The position numbers and the translations under genes were made by a program. Positions 9,207 to 17,695 of a stretch of 56,051 nt of DNA are shown here, piece by piece; position 1 is the stretch's first letter, and every line of letters starts with the position of its first letter. Origin of the DNA: a virus (lineage: Duplodnaviria > Caudoviricetes); IMG/VR virus record IMGVR_UViG_3300025000_000126, positions 1 to 56,051 of that record, one strand, 5' to 3'. The notes beneath the pieces are model-generated. The model was not told the origin of the DNA. It made no database searches and worked only from the letters and a program-made list of their open reading frames with translations.

Positions 9207-9658
9207 TGAGAAAAGGAGAACTGTTAGAAGAAGTATTAAGAGCCTCTGGTGCTACTTTCATCGAACGTGGCTCTGGATATAATGAATACAGATTAGGTTC
9301 TAATATTGTCTTCTGGAATGAATTTCCAGAACTCTTCATAGGATTTAGATTAAACGGTAAAGAGATAAATGAACTTGACCTTATAGATTTTATAAGATCT
9401 TATAAGGTCAATAGAAGGTTTGTAAAAGATAATAACGACACCCTTGTAGAGGTTCCTGAAGGACTACCACTCTGTAAGAACTGTAAGTTCTATAATTCAG
9501 TAGGCTTTACTACGTTTTGTAGTTCTGATACGTACAATACAGTAATTGATCCTGTCAATGGAACTAATCAGACCTTTAAGGCTAATTGTTTAGCTTGTAG
9601 GCTTGATATCAATATTAACGGTTGTGGTATCTTCGGGGATAGATATGAGAAAGGTTAA
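9206..9658 (+). CDS. Hypothetical protein with Cys-rich C-terminus
   Basis: 150-aa coupled ORF with CKNCKF...C...C motifs. Confidence 0.75.
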   Translation: MRKGELLEEVLRASGATFIERGSGYNEYRLGSNIVFWNEFPELFIGFRLNGKEINELDLIDFIRSYKVNRRFVKDNNDTLVEVPEGLPLCKNCKFYNSVGFTTFCSSDTYNTVIDPVNGTNQTFKANCLACRLDININGCGIFGDRYEKG

Positions 9659-9683
9659 ATATAGTGGAAGAAGAGTGGTTTGA

Positions 9684-9803
9684 ATGAAGTATTGGATAAA
9701 GCAGTTCTCGACTTTATCTATTTATAAGTCAAGAAGTATAGCGTTTAGTAGGCTTAATTTCTTTGAGCCATTTATCCAACTATCTATTAAAAGGAGATTG
9801 TAA
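9684..9803 (+). CDS. KVKRRL-family microprotein (39 aa, not in track)
   Basis: MKYWIKQFSTLSIYKSRSIAFSRLNFFEPFIQLSIKRRL; paralog of 11035. Confidence 0.7.
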   Translation: MKYWIKQFSTLSIYKSRSIAFSRLNFFEPFIQLSIKRRL

Positions 9804-9845
9804 TGACTATTAAGGGACAAGATAAACTAGAACGATAATATAGGG

Positions 9846-9930
9846 TCTACAATCCATTTTCATAAGAAAACAAGTTACCCTACAGGCTATCTACAGAAAA
9901 TCAAATGTAGGTGCCTTGTAGGGTCTAGAA
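9846..9930. repeat. Palindromic intergenic element, copy 1
   Basis: TCTACAATCCATTTT...AGTTACCCTACA...TAGGTGCCTTGTAG; homologous to 10907-10990. Confidence 0.75.
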
Positions 9931-9943
9931 GGGGGTATTTATA

Positions 9944-10723
9944 ATGAAACCTATAAGAATCTTACGGTATGGCCCTTCAGACAGCCTTAATAGACTTGTA
10001 GATTCTCTCAGAGAGTCTGAAGTTGATGTTAAGAAACTAAAGATGATCAACAGCTCTTACAGGGGATCTATTGATCATTTCATATTTAATTGGGGATCTT
10101 CAAGCTATAGAAATATAGCTAGTTGTAATATCTTCAATAGACCATCTGCTGTTGCTATTGCAGCTAACAAGCTGGATACATACTATACCTTGGAAAGAGC
10201 TGGACTTAATAATGTCCTTCCAGTGTGGTTTACTGATCCTGATTTAGCTAAGCATTACACTAAGAATGGATGTAAGGTATACTGTCGTACTACTCTTACT
10301 GGGTCTCAAGGGGAAGGGATTATAGTATCTACTGAACCTTCTGAAGTGGTTCATGCTTCTCTCTACACCCTTCAGGCCCCTGTATGTAGGGAAGTGAGAG
10401 TACATGTGTTTGCTGATGAAGTTATCTATTGTACAGAGAAACGTAAGATGAACTCTGAAAGGCTGGAAGAGGAATCTATTGAGTTCTCAAGGGATGTTCG
10501 TAACCTTGAGAATGGATGGGTATTCTGCCAAACAGAAGTACCTGAATCAGTGCAAAGTGTTGCAATTGATGTAGTAGAAAGGCTTGGTTTAGACTTCGGT
10601 GCTGTAGATATTGGTCTCTCTCACAGGAATGAACCTTTCATCTTTGAGGTTAATACAGCACCTGGATTGGAAGGAACTACACTGACTGCTTACAGGGATG
10701 CTATCATTGCACAACTATGTTAG
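9944..10723 (+). CDS. ATP-grasp ligase (RimK-like phage type)
   Basis: Motifs FNRPSAVAIAANKL, GSQGEGI, EVRVHVF and LGLDFGAVDI...FEVNTAPGL. Confidence 0.92.
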   Translation: MKPIRILRYGPSDSLNRLVDSLRESEVDVKKLKMINSSYRGSIDHFIFNWGSSSYRNIASCNIFNRPSAVAIAANKLDTYYTLERAGLNNVLPVWFTDPDLAKHYTKNGCKVYCRTTLTGSQGEGIIVSTEPSEVVHASLYTLQAPVCREVRVHVFADEVIYCTEKRKMNSERLEEESIEFSRDVRNLENGWVFCQTEVPESVQSVAIDVVERLGLDFGAVDIGLSHRNEPFIFEVNTAPGLEGTTLTAYRDAIIAQLC

Positions 10724-10902
10724 AGTTCCTTTTAGGTACAGAGATTAATTACGCCTGGAGAAGAGGAATCTTATGGTATTCTCCAACCACAAATATGTAT
10801 GGGTGTTATTCCTTTAATCACCCAAAGCGTTATGTAAGGGAAATGTTTAATGGTGACTACCCACGTGGGAGAACTCTATTAAAGGTGAAGAGGAGACTAT
10901 AA
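10717..10902 (+). CDS. KVKRRL-family microprotein
   Basis: MLEFLL...RRGILW...TLLKVKRRL. Confidence 0.75.
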   Translation: MLEFLLGTEINYAWRRGILWYSPTTNMYGCYSFNHPKRYVREMFNGDYPRGRTLLKVKRRL

Positions 10903-10906
10903 GGTA

Positions 10907-10990
10907 TCTACAATCCATTTTCCATTAAAGATGAGTTACCCTACACACCTATACCTAAAGATTAAACCTAGGGGCCTTCTAGCCCCTTCT
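10907..10990. repeat. Palindromic intergenic element, copy 2
   Basis: TCTACAATCCATTTT...AGTTACCCTACA...TAGGGGCCTTCTAG. Confidence 0.75.
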
Positions 10991-11034
10991 AAAGCGAAAT
11001 AAAGTGGAGCTTTTACTTCTAGGAGGTATTTCAT

Positions 11035-11160
11035 GTGACATATTGGATACAAGTATGGTCTAGTAGAGATTATCTAGGAGATTCAAGAAGTATTGTAGTC
11101 TCTTATAGAGGTATGTATTTTCCTCCTTTCATACAACTGAAGGTTAAAAGGAGACTGTAA
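11035..11160 (+). CDS. KVKRRL-family microprotein (41 aa, GTG start, not in track)
   Basis: AGGAGG RBS at 11021; MTYWIQVWSSRDYLGDSRSIVVSYRGMYFPPFIQLKVKRRL. Confidence 0.7.
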   Translation: MTYWIQVWSSRDYLGDSRSIVVSYRGMYFPPFIQLKVKRRL

Positions 11161-11161
11161 G

Positions 11162-11341
11162 GTGGTAGAGTTCTCCTTAACCTATAAGGATGATGATGGT
11201 TGGTTTCAATTTGTAAGGAGTATAAACTATACTAAAGAAGATATATTTTACTATTTCTATAAGGATGGAGGTCGTATAAGAAGTATACATGATTATAATT
11301 ATTATGATTTAGAAAAACCACTAACTAAAAGGAACCTAACT
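11162..11341 (+). CDS. KVKRRL-family unit lacking a stop codon, read in frame into the amidoligase
   Basis: MVEFSL...VRSINY...KPLTKRNL-T-MPTQ; an internal AAGGA RBS precedes ATG 11342. Confidence 0.6.
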
Positions 11342-12997
11342 ATGCCTACTCAAACTGAGTGTTTGTGTGTTAACTGTCATGAGAATATTACTGATCCTGA
11401 TTTCAGAGTGGTACTCTACCAGGAAGAGTATCCTGAGATTGAGATTGGTCCTTACTGTGAACAATGCCTTGCAAGAGTTAAGATCTGTAGTGGGTGTCAG
11501 AAACCTGCTATGATAGATACTGTAACTCATGTAGGTAGTGGGTTGCATTACTGTTCTGAGTGTGTAAAAAACCTTGAGATCTGTAGTCACTGTGGATCTC
11601 AGGTAAGTGGTGGTACTACTGTTATAAATGGAAAGAAGGTATGTAACTCCTGTAGGGAGTCTTACTATTTCTTGTGTAAGAGTTGTAATACCTATCACCA
11701 CCAGTATGGCTCAGTATCTCATAATTCCTTTGAGGGTCTTCAAAGAGCTGGTATGTTCAAGAAGTATGGGAATCTTGTATGTAAAGAGTGCTTTGAAAGA
11801 CGTAAGCCATTCTACAAGAAATATGAAGTATCTACCTGTAGTCACTGTGAAAGATACTTTACTATCACTGACCCCTCCCAGACAGAGTTCTGTCAGAGCT
11901 GTTATGATGGTTTTGATACTTGCAGTATCTGTGGTGATAAAAATCCACATGTTCATGCAGCAAGGGTTGAAGGTGAAGGACTTTTTATCTGCAAGAGTTG
12001 TATTAAGAAGTATAACAAATGCGATCACTGTAATCGCTTGACAAAAGATAAACTTCATGTTATAAAAGGTAGAACAAATACCTATACTGTATGCTCTGAG
12101 TGCCACTCTTTTTATCGTATCTGTAAGGTTTGTGGATCATTTACAAGTAATGAAAGTTGTGTCTGTAATACTTGTGATAATACCTACGTAAATAATATCT
12201 GTGAGGTTTGTGGGAGAATTAAGGACGGTTCAGGAAACTGTAGGGTCTGTCATGAATCCTTCATCTACAGGTACTCTGAGAAACCTCCATTGTTCTTCAA
12301 TGTATCAAAAAAGGATAAGACCAAGGATATCTTCTTTGGCTTCGAGAATGAAACTACCTATGGAGACTCTTACACTGATAAGAATATTGCCCTTAAAGAA
12401 ATCTATAAGGTGTATGATCCTACCATCCTCCTGTGTAAGAGTGATGGGTCTATCAGGGGTGAAGGGTTTGAGATAGTTACACAACCAATGACCTATCAGT
12501 TCTTTAATGATACTTCATGGGCTGGTCTCTTCCAGGATGGTATTAAGAAGAGTAAGTCATGTGGACTTCATGTTCATGTAGAACGTCATGCATTCTTATC
12601 TGATATACATCTCTATAAGGTGTGTAATTTTATCTATGAAAATAAACTGTTTATCAAATATATAGTAGGTCGTGATAGTAATGAATACTGTAAGGACTTT
12701 AGGTATAAAGTATCTACAGAGATTAAAAATGCTAAGATGAAGAGAACTGAAAGGCATCAAGCAGTTAACTTCAATAACAGTAATACTATTGAATTCCGCA
12801 TGTTTGCTGGATGTACTACAGAGAAGGAACTTAGATATAAGATTGAGTTTCTTCATGCTCTTGTAACCTACCAGAAGACTACACCTATCAGTACCTGCAA
12901 GGATCTTCTTCTCTTCAAGGAATATGTCAGAGAGAATGAGAAGACTTATTCTAACCTGTTTGTAAAGGTGAAGAGGTATGCCTTGCCGAGGATGTAA
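11342..12997 (+). CDS. Putative amidoligase (COOH-NH2 ligase type 2) with a long Cys-rich N-terminal region
   Basis: Catalytic motifs FFGFENE, KSDGSI..EGFEIVTQP, SCGLHVHV and TIEFRMF, with 18 CxxC motifs upstream. Confidence 0.85.
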   Translation: MPTQTECLCVNCHENITDPDFRVVLYQEEYPEIEIGPYCEQCLARVKICSGCQKPAMIDTVTHVGSGLHYCSECVKNLEICSHCGSQVSGGTTVINGKKVCNSCRESYYFLCKSCNTYHHQYGSVSHNSFEGLQRAGMFKKYGNLVCKECFERRKPFYKKYEVSTCSHCERYFTITDPSQTEFCQSCYDGFDTCSICGDKNPHVHAARVEGEGLFICKSCIKKYNKCDHCNRLTKDKLHVIKGRTNTYTVCSECHSFYRICKVCGSFTSNESCVCNTCDNTYVNNICEVCGRIKDGSGNCRVCHESFIYRYSEKPPLFFNVSKKDKTKDIFFGFENETTYGDSYTDKNIALKEIYKVYDPTILLCKSDGSIRGEGFEIVTQPMTYQFFNDTSWAGLFQDGIKKSKSCGLHVHVERHAFLSDIHLYKVCNFIYENKLFIKYIVGRDSNEYCKDFRYKVSTEIKNAKMKRTERHQAVNFNNSNTIEFRMFAGCTTEKELRYKIEFLHALVTYQKTTPISTCKDLLLFKEYVRENEKTYSNLFVKVKRYALPRM

Positions 12998-13172
12998 CCA
13001 ATCAGGAACTAGTATTTCTGATTATAATAGTGAAGTAGAGACCTATGGAATCATTTTGTATAATCACTTTAAAGAGATACGGAATGATATCTATTTATCC
13101 TGTCAGCAGTGTTATGAAGATGACCTCCCAAGTAAAACAACTCTTGGTCTATTAATCAAAAGGAGACTTTAA
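12978..13172 (+). CDS. KVKRRL-family microprotein with two CxxC motifs
   Basis: MPCRGC...YGIILY...CQQC...LGLLIKRRL. Confidence 0.7.
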   Translation: MPCRGCNQSGTSISDYNSEVETYGIILYNHFKEIRNDIYLSCQQCYEDDLPSKTTLGLLIKRRL

Positions 13173-13175
13173 TAT

Positions 13176-14060
13176 ATGTGCATAGCTATTTATAAGCCTG
13201 TAGGAAAAGAACTCTCTGAGGCTGTACTTAAAACCTGCTTCAATAATAATAATGATGGAGCAGGGTTCGCTTATATTTCAACGGATTATCACGGTGTTAA
13301 GAGGGTAAAGTTAAAGAAGTTTATGAAGTTTGATCAGTTCTATACAGCCTATAAGAGGGCTACTGATACAGCCCCTGACAGCCCCTTCATTATTCACTTT
13401 AGAATTGGTACACATGGTGAGAAGACAGTATACAACTGTCATCCTTTCTATGTGGATAAGAACCTTGTATTCATCCATAATGGTATCATCTCAGGTGTTG
13501 GTACCGACGTTAAGAAGTCAGATACACAACTCTTTAATGATAAGATCTTGAAGAAGCTACCAAAAGGATGGGAATCTAATGAAGCTATCCAAGAGTTGAT
13601 AGCTGATTATATTGGTTACTCTAAGCTCATCTTCCTAAATGTATTAGGTGAAGTGTATATTGTAAATGAGAAGAAAGGTAACTGGAATGATGGTATTTGG
13701 TTTAGTAATGAGTCCTACAAGGAGAGGACATATACACCACATACTACTTATAGCTCTGGAAGATATCCAGTAACTACATACAGAAATAAATGGTGGGAAG
13801 TTTCCTTCCACACGGTAGAGACCTGTGATTTCTGTAATGGTGCTAAACCTCTCAGGTCTCTCACAGTCTATAAGGATATAGATAATCCTCTTGATGTTAT
13901 CTTCATATGCAATCAGTGTCATAAAGAAGTAACTGATAATTGTATTCTTAGTGCTAATGAAATGATTCCTTTGTATAAGTACATAGAGGAAGAGAATAAG
14001 CGTCTTGCAATTGTGCATGACAAAAGTATCTTTACAGATGAACAAACCTATATGATGTAA
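13176..14060 (+). CDS. Class II (Ntn) glutamine amidotransferase
   Basis: N-terminal MC nucleophile, NNDGAG, IHFRIGTHG, NCHPF, HNGII and SDT motifs, plus a C-terminal CxxC pair. Confidence 0.92.
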   Translation: MCIAIYKPVGKELSEAVLKTCFNNNNDGAGFAYISTDYHGVKRVKLKKFMKFDQFYTAYKRATDTAPDSPFIIHFRIGTHGEKTVYNCHPFYVDKNLVFIHNGIISGVGTDVKKSDTQLFNDKILKKLPKGWESNEAIQELIADYIGYSKLIFLNVLGEVYIVNEKKGNWNDGIWFSNESYKERTYTPHTTYSSGRYPVTTYRNKWWEVSFHTVETCDFCNGAKPLRSLTVYKDIDNPLDVIFICNQCHKEVTDNCILSANEMIPLYKYIEEENKRLAIVHDKSIFTDEQTYMM

Positions 14061-14065
14061 CCTCT

Positions 14066-14248
14066 ATGAGAATCTTTGCTATTAGAGTTCCTCATAGTTG
14101 CCTAGAAGAGATATATGAAAACTATAGAAGTATATACATAAGTAGACCAAATAATAATTCTAACTATGTATGGCATGGTAGCTTTAGGTCCTGTTGTCAG
14201 ACAAGAAAAACAAAAAGACTATTAGTTAGAAGGTTATATAATGAATAG
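14066..14248 (+). CDS. KVKRRL-family microprotein
   Basis: MRIFAIRV...YRSIY...HGSF...RLLVRRL; paralog of 14241. Confidence 0.72.
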   Translation: MRIFAIRVPHSCLEEIYENYRSIYISRPNNNSNYVWHGSFRSCCQTRKTKRLLVRRLYNE

Positions 14249-14417
14249 AGAATTCTATATTCGAGTAAGAGGTTCAGACGAATATTACCCTGGAAGAGTG
14301 CGGAGTATATACTGTACAGGGAGAGACGGTCTTAATAGAAATAGTGTAGAGAATATATATCATGGTTCTTTTTGTTCTATTAGTGGTAAACTTATCAAGA
14401 AACTAAAGGTGAAATGA
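14241..14417 (+). CDS. KVKRRL-family microprotein (58 aa, not in track)
   Basis: MNREFYIRV...VRSIY...YHGSF...IKKLKVK; stop overlaps the primase ATG. Confidence 0.75.
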   Translation: MNREFYIRVRGSDEYYPGRVRSIYCTGRDGLNRNSVENIYHGSFCSISGKLIKKLKVK

Positions 14418-16030
14418 ATAATAGAGAGTGTCCTAAGTGCAGGGATGTTGGTAGAGATAAGACAGGTGATCACTTATGGCTCATGCGTGACGGAAAGACA
14501 TGGTGCTGTCTGAAACCCTACCATCCTCCCTACTACGAAAGAGATAACGAGGAATGTGAGGCTCCTGAAGAAATGCAAATACAACTAGAAGATGTAAAAA
14601 CTTTACCATGCTACGGAAACATAGATCGAAAGATCAGTAAGGAAACTCATCAGCACTTTAAGGTAAGGACAGAACTTAACGAGACCAACAGAACCCCCTC
14701 AGTTATATACTATCCAGAGACTTCAAGGGGAAAATTCATTGGTTATAAGCAGAGAATATTACCTAAGAGATTTGTTTCCTTACTAAAACCTGAGAGCAAG
14801 GGTTTAGTTCCTGATTTCTTTGGTCAACCTGTATGTCCTCAGACAGGGAAGAGACTTCTCATATGTGCAGGGGAGGAAGATACACTAGCTGCCTATGAGA
14901 TGTTAAAGAGTAAATACCCAGAAGTTGAACCATGTGTTGTAGGATTACCAAGGGGTGAGAGTGGTACTACTACAATCTCTGAGAACCTAGAGTTCCTGAA
15001 AGGGTTTGAAGAGGTTATAATAGGTACTGATATGGATGAAGCTGGCAGGAAAGCAGTCTCCTGCATAGCTCCTATTATTGGAGAGAGGGCTAGAGTTCTT
15101 GTCCTGTCAGAGAAAGATATCTCTGACATGAGGGTTAAGGGGAAAGATAAAGAGTTCATCAATGCTTTCTTCAATGCTAGAGAATATCGTCCAGTTAATG
15201 TGGTATCTGTATCTGATATCCTTGATAGAGCTATTACCCCTAGGCCTTGGGGTTTATCTTATCCCTTTCAGAAACTTACTCAGATGTCTTACGGGTTGAA
15301 GGAAGGTGGTGAGACCATCTCTATTGGTGCTGGTCCAGGGTGTGGAAAGACCACTCTAATGTATCAGATACAGCAACACTTAATGTTTGAACATAAAGAA
15401 CGTATAGCTATCTTCAACCTTGAAGAGAAGGCTGAAGGTGCCTTGAATCATCTCATAGGTACTATGATGAATAAGCCTATTCATAGACCTGATTGTGTAT
15501 ATGATCTTGAGGAAGCTAGAAGGGCTGGTGAATTGCTTGAGGGTAAAGCAGAGTTCTATGATGGTTTCTCTGAGGATTGGAATGAAGTTGAATCTCAAGT
15601 GAGATACTTTGCTAGTAAGGGTATAAGGTTTTACTTTATTGATCCTGTATCTGCATTGGTAGAACACCTCTCCCCTTCAGATGCTAACACAGAGCTTGGT
15701 AGAATCTACAGATCTATTAGAAAGTTTAGGATGGAGCAGGGTCTTACATTCTTTATTGTCAACCACCTTAATAATCCTCAAAGTGGTAAGGATCATGGTG
15801 CTGGAGGGGATGTATATGGGTCACAGTTCTCTGGTAGTAGAGCACAATGGAAGTACTCAACAGCACTGTGGGGTCTGGTAAGGGATCAATTAGCTGATGA
15901 TCCAGATGAGCGTAACAAGGTTAAGCTGTCAGTAATTAAAGACAGATTAGGTGGTAATACTGGGTATGTATACTTGAAGTATAACACAGCAACTGGTAAG
16001 CTGGAGGAAGAGTTCAATGAGGAATTTTAA
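14414..16030 (+). CDS. DNA primase-helicase (T7 gp4-like)
   Basis: N-terminal Zn-binding CPKC, TOPRIM motifs AGEED, DMDEAG and KDISD, and a DnaB-type helicase with GPGCGKT, FIDP and KDR. Confidence 0.95.
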   Translation: MNNRECPKCRDVGRDKTGDHLWLMRDGKTWCCLKPYHPPYYERDNEECEAPEEMQIQLEDVKTLPCYGNIDRKISKETHQHFKVRTELNETNRTPSVIYYPETSRGKFIGYKQRILPKRFVSLLKPESKGLVPDFFGQPVCPQTGKRLLICAGEEDTLAAYEMLKSKYPEVEPCVVGLPRGESGTTTISENLEFLKGFEEVIIGTDMDEAGRKAVSCIAPIIGERARVLVLSEKDISDMRVKGKDKEFINAFFNAREYRPVNVVSVSDILDRAITPRPWGLSYPFQKLTQMSYGLKEGGETISIGAGPGCGKTTLMYQIQQHLMFEHKERIAIFNLEEKAEGALNHLIGTMMNKPIHRPDCVYDLEEARRAGELLEGKAEFYDGFSEDWNEVESQVRYFASKGIRFYFIDPVSALVEHLSPSDANTELGRIYRSIRKFRMEQGLTFFIVNHLNNPQSGKDHGAGGDVYGSQFSGSRAQWKYSTALWGLVRDQLADDPDERNKVKLSVIKDRLGGNTGYVYLKYNTATGKLEEEFNEEF

Positions 16031-16243
16031 ATGAACTTCTATGTGTGTAGAGATTATAAAGGCTGTGTACCTAATAGGTTAGATGGAAGACCTTTCTCTA
16101 AAGCCTTCTGGTCAGGTCTTATATACACTGATAGGGGTGTTATTGATAATTATGTATCTATACTTCAGAAGCTAGGACTTTGTAGAGGGGGTATAGTGAG
16201 AGGTCACCAAATTAAACCATTAATAATTAAAAGAGTTCTATGA
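16031..16243 (+). CDS. KVKRRL-family microprotein
   Basis: MNFYVC...FWSGLIY...SILQKLG...GHQIKPLIIKRVL. Confidence 0.8.
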   Translation: MNFYVCRDYKGCVPNRLDGRPFSKAFWSGLIYTDRGVIDNYVSILQKLGLCRGGIVRGHQIKPLIIKRVL

Positions 16244-16470
16244 ACTTCTATGTGTGTATAAACTCTTATGAGTGTGTAGATCCAGAGATATATGATGATG
16301 GACTTGATGCAGATACTACAGACCCTGATAGGTTCTGGTTTGAAAGACTTATCTATACAGAAACAGTAGATGAAATGTACCTCTCTATAGCTCAAAAGTT
16401 AGATAAGGTATGGGGAGGATTTGTATATGGTCATCAAGTGAGACCTCTATTAGTTAAGAGAAGGCTATGA
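16240..16470 (+). CDS. KVKRRL-family microprotein
   Basis: MNFYVC...FWFERLIY...SIAQKLD...GHQVRPLLVKRRL. Confidence 0.8.
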   Translation: MNFYVCINSYECVDPEIYDDGLDADTTDPDRFWFERLIYTETVDEMYLSIAQKLDKVWGGFVYGHQVRPLLVKRRL

Positions 16471-16676
16471 GATTCTTTATATGTATAAGTGGGAAAGGAT
16501 GTTGCAGTAGCCATAATAGTGGTCACCATTTCTTCAACAGATTAATCTACATAGAAACTCCAGATGGTGTTGACTATATATCTTTACTTCAACGTATAGA
16601 TTACCATGCAGTAAGAGGTAGTGGATATGTAAGTGACTCTCAGGTGAAAGAACTAAAGGTTAAACGTGAAATCTAA
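16467..16676 (+). CDS. KVKRRL-family microprotein
   Basis: MRFFIC...FFNRLIY...SLLQRID...SQVKELKVKREI. Confidence 0.8.
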   Translation: MRFFICISGKGCCSSHNSGHHFFNRLIYIETPDGVDYISLLQRIDYHAVRGSGYVSDSQVKELKVKREI

Positions 16677-17373
16677 AATCATCTTTGACATAGAAGGTAA
16701 CAATCTACTATATGGTATCTCTAAAATATGGTGTATCTGCACCTATAATATAACCACTAGAGAAAGTCTACAGTTCTATGAAGATACCCTAGTAGATGGT
16801 CTTAAGTTGCTGCAAGATTCTGACTTGATCATTGGTCATAACATAACAGGGTTCGATCTGCCTGCTATAAAGAAACTATATCCTTGGTGGACATACAAAG
16901 ATATAAGAGATACTTATGTGATGTCTAAGTTGTTTAATCCTGATAGAGCACAAGGTCATTCATTAGAATCTTATGGTGAGCAATTCAGTAGGGCAAAACC
17001 AAAGCATGAGGACTGGACTCAGTTCTCTCCAGAGATGTTATATAGGTGCTCTGAAGATGTAGAAATCAATAAGTTGACATATGAATTTCTAGTACAAAGA
17101 TACTGCCAGGATTGGTCGTGGATAGAAGCTCTCAAATTAGAGCAGCAGTTCGCTATCTACCAGGCTTACCAAGAACTGGCAGGGGTTGATTTTGATGTAC
17201 AAAAAGCTAAGGATCTTCTAGTCCTTATAGACTCTGAAGTTGACAAGTTAGATAAAGAGTTGTATAATAGGATACCTAAGAGGGTAAAACAAGTAGGAGC
17301 TACAGTGACTAAACCATTTAAGAAGAATGGAGAGTATACAGTACAGGTGGAGAGGTGGATACATGGAGATTGA
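16666..17373 (+). CDS. DNA polymerase family A, N-terminal part (3'-5' exonuclease plus start of thumb)
   Basis: ExoI FDIE, ExoII GHNITGFD, HSLESYG and ExoIII YRCSEDV motifs, then GVDFD and KPFKKNG. Confidence 0.9.
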   Translation: MKSKIIFDIEGNNLLYGISKIWCICTYNITTRESLQFYEDTLVDGLKLLQDSDLIIGHNITGFDLPAIKKLYPWWTYKDIRDTYVMSKLFNPDRAQGHSLESYGEQFSRAKPKHEDWTQFSPEMLYRCSEDVEINKLTYEFLVQRYCQDWSWIEALKLEQQFAIYQAYQELAGVDFDVQKAKDLLVLIDSEVDKLDKELYNRIPKRVKQVGATVTKPFKKNGEYTVQVERWIHGD

Positions 17374-17539
17374 GTTCTGGTTAGGGTATGATTTTAAGAA
17401 TATATGTAATAAAAAGCTAATAAGATCTATAGGAACAAGTAGGTATTCTGACGGGGTAGTTTTTATTTATTACAGTAGCATAGACATGGTTTGTCACAGG
17501 TGTAAGCAACTAAAGGTGAAGAGATGCTATTCTATTTGA
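17363..17539 (+). CDS. KVKRRL-family microprotein between the polymerase halves
   Basis: ATG 17363 with a GAGG RBS; MEIEFWL...IRSIG...KQLKVKRCYSI. Confidence 0.72.
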   Translation: MEIEFWLGYDFKNICNKKLIRSIGTSRYSDGVVFIYYSSIDMVCHRCKQLKVKRCYSI

Positions 17540-17694
17540 GGAAGAATCCTACAGCTAGTAATCATTTTCGATGTAGAACTATTTATAAAGGTAAGGGGGG
17601 TTTATGGTTAAAAGGTGGTGATGGAAACTTATGGGATCTTATGTCTCCACCCTTTAAGATTATGTATCAACTTAAAATCAAGAGGGTTCTGTAA
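17524..17694 (+). CDS. KVKRRL-family microprotein between the polymerase halves (56 aa, not in track)
   Basis: MLFYLRKN...CRTIY...MYQLKIKRVL. Confidence 0.75.
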   Translation: MLFYLRKNPTASNHFRCRTIYKGKGGLWLKGGDGNLWDLMSPPFKIMYQLKIKRVL

Positions 17695-17695
17695 G

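Noticed and set aside
11342-12270. Multiheme cytochrome c
   Set aside because: Only 3 of 18 CxxC motifs are followed by His, there is no signal peptide, and the region is fused to a cytoplasmic ligase. Zinc ribbons are more likely.
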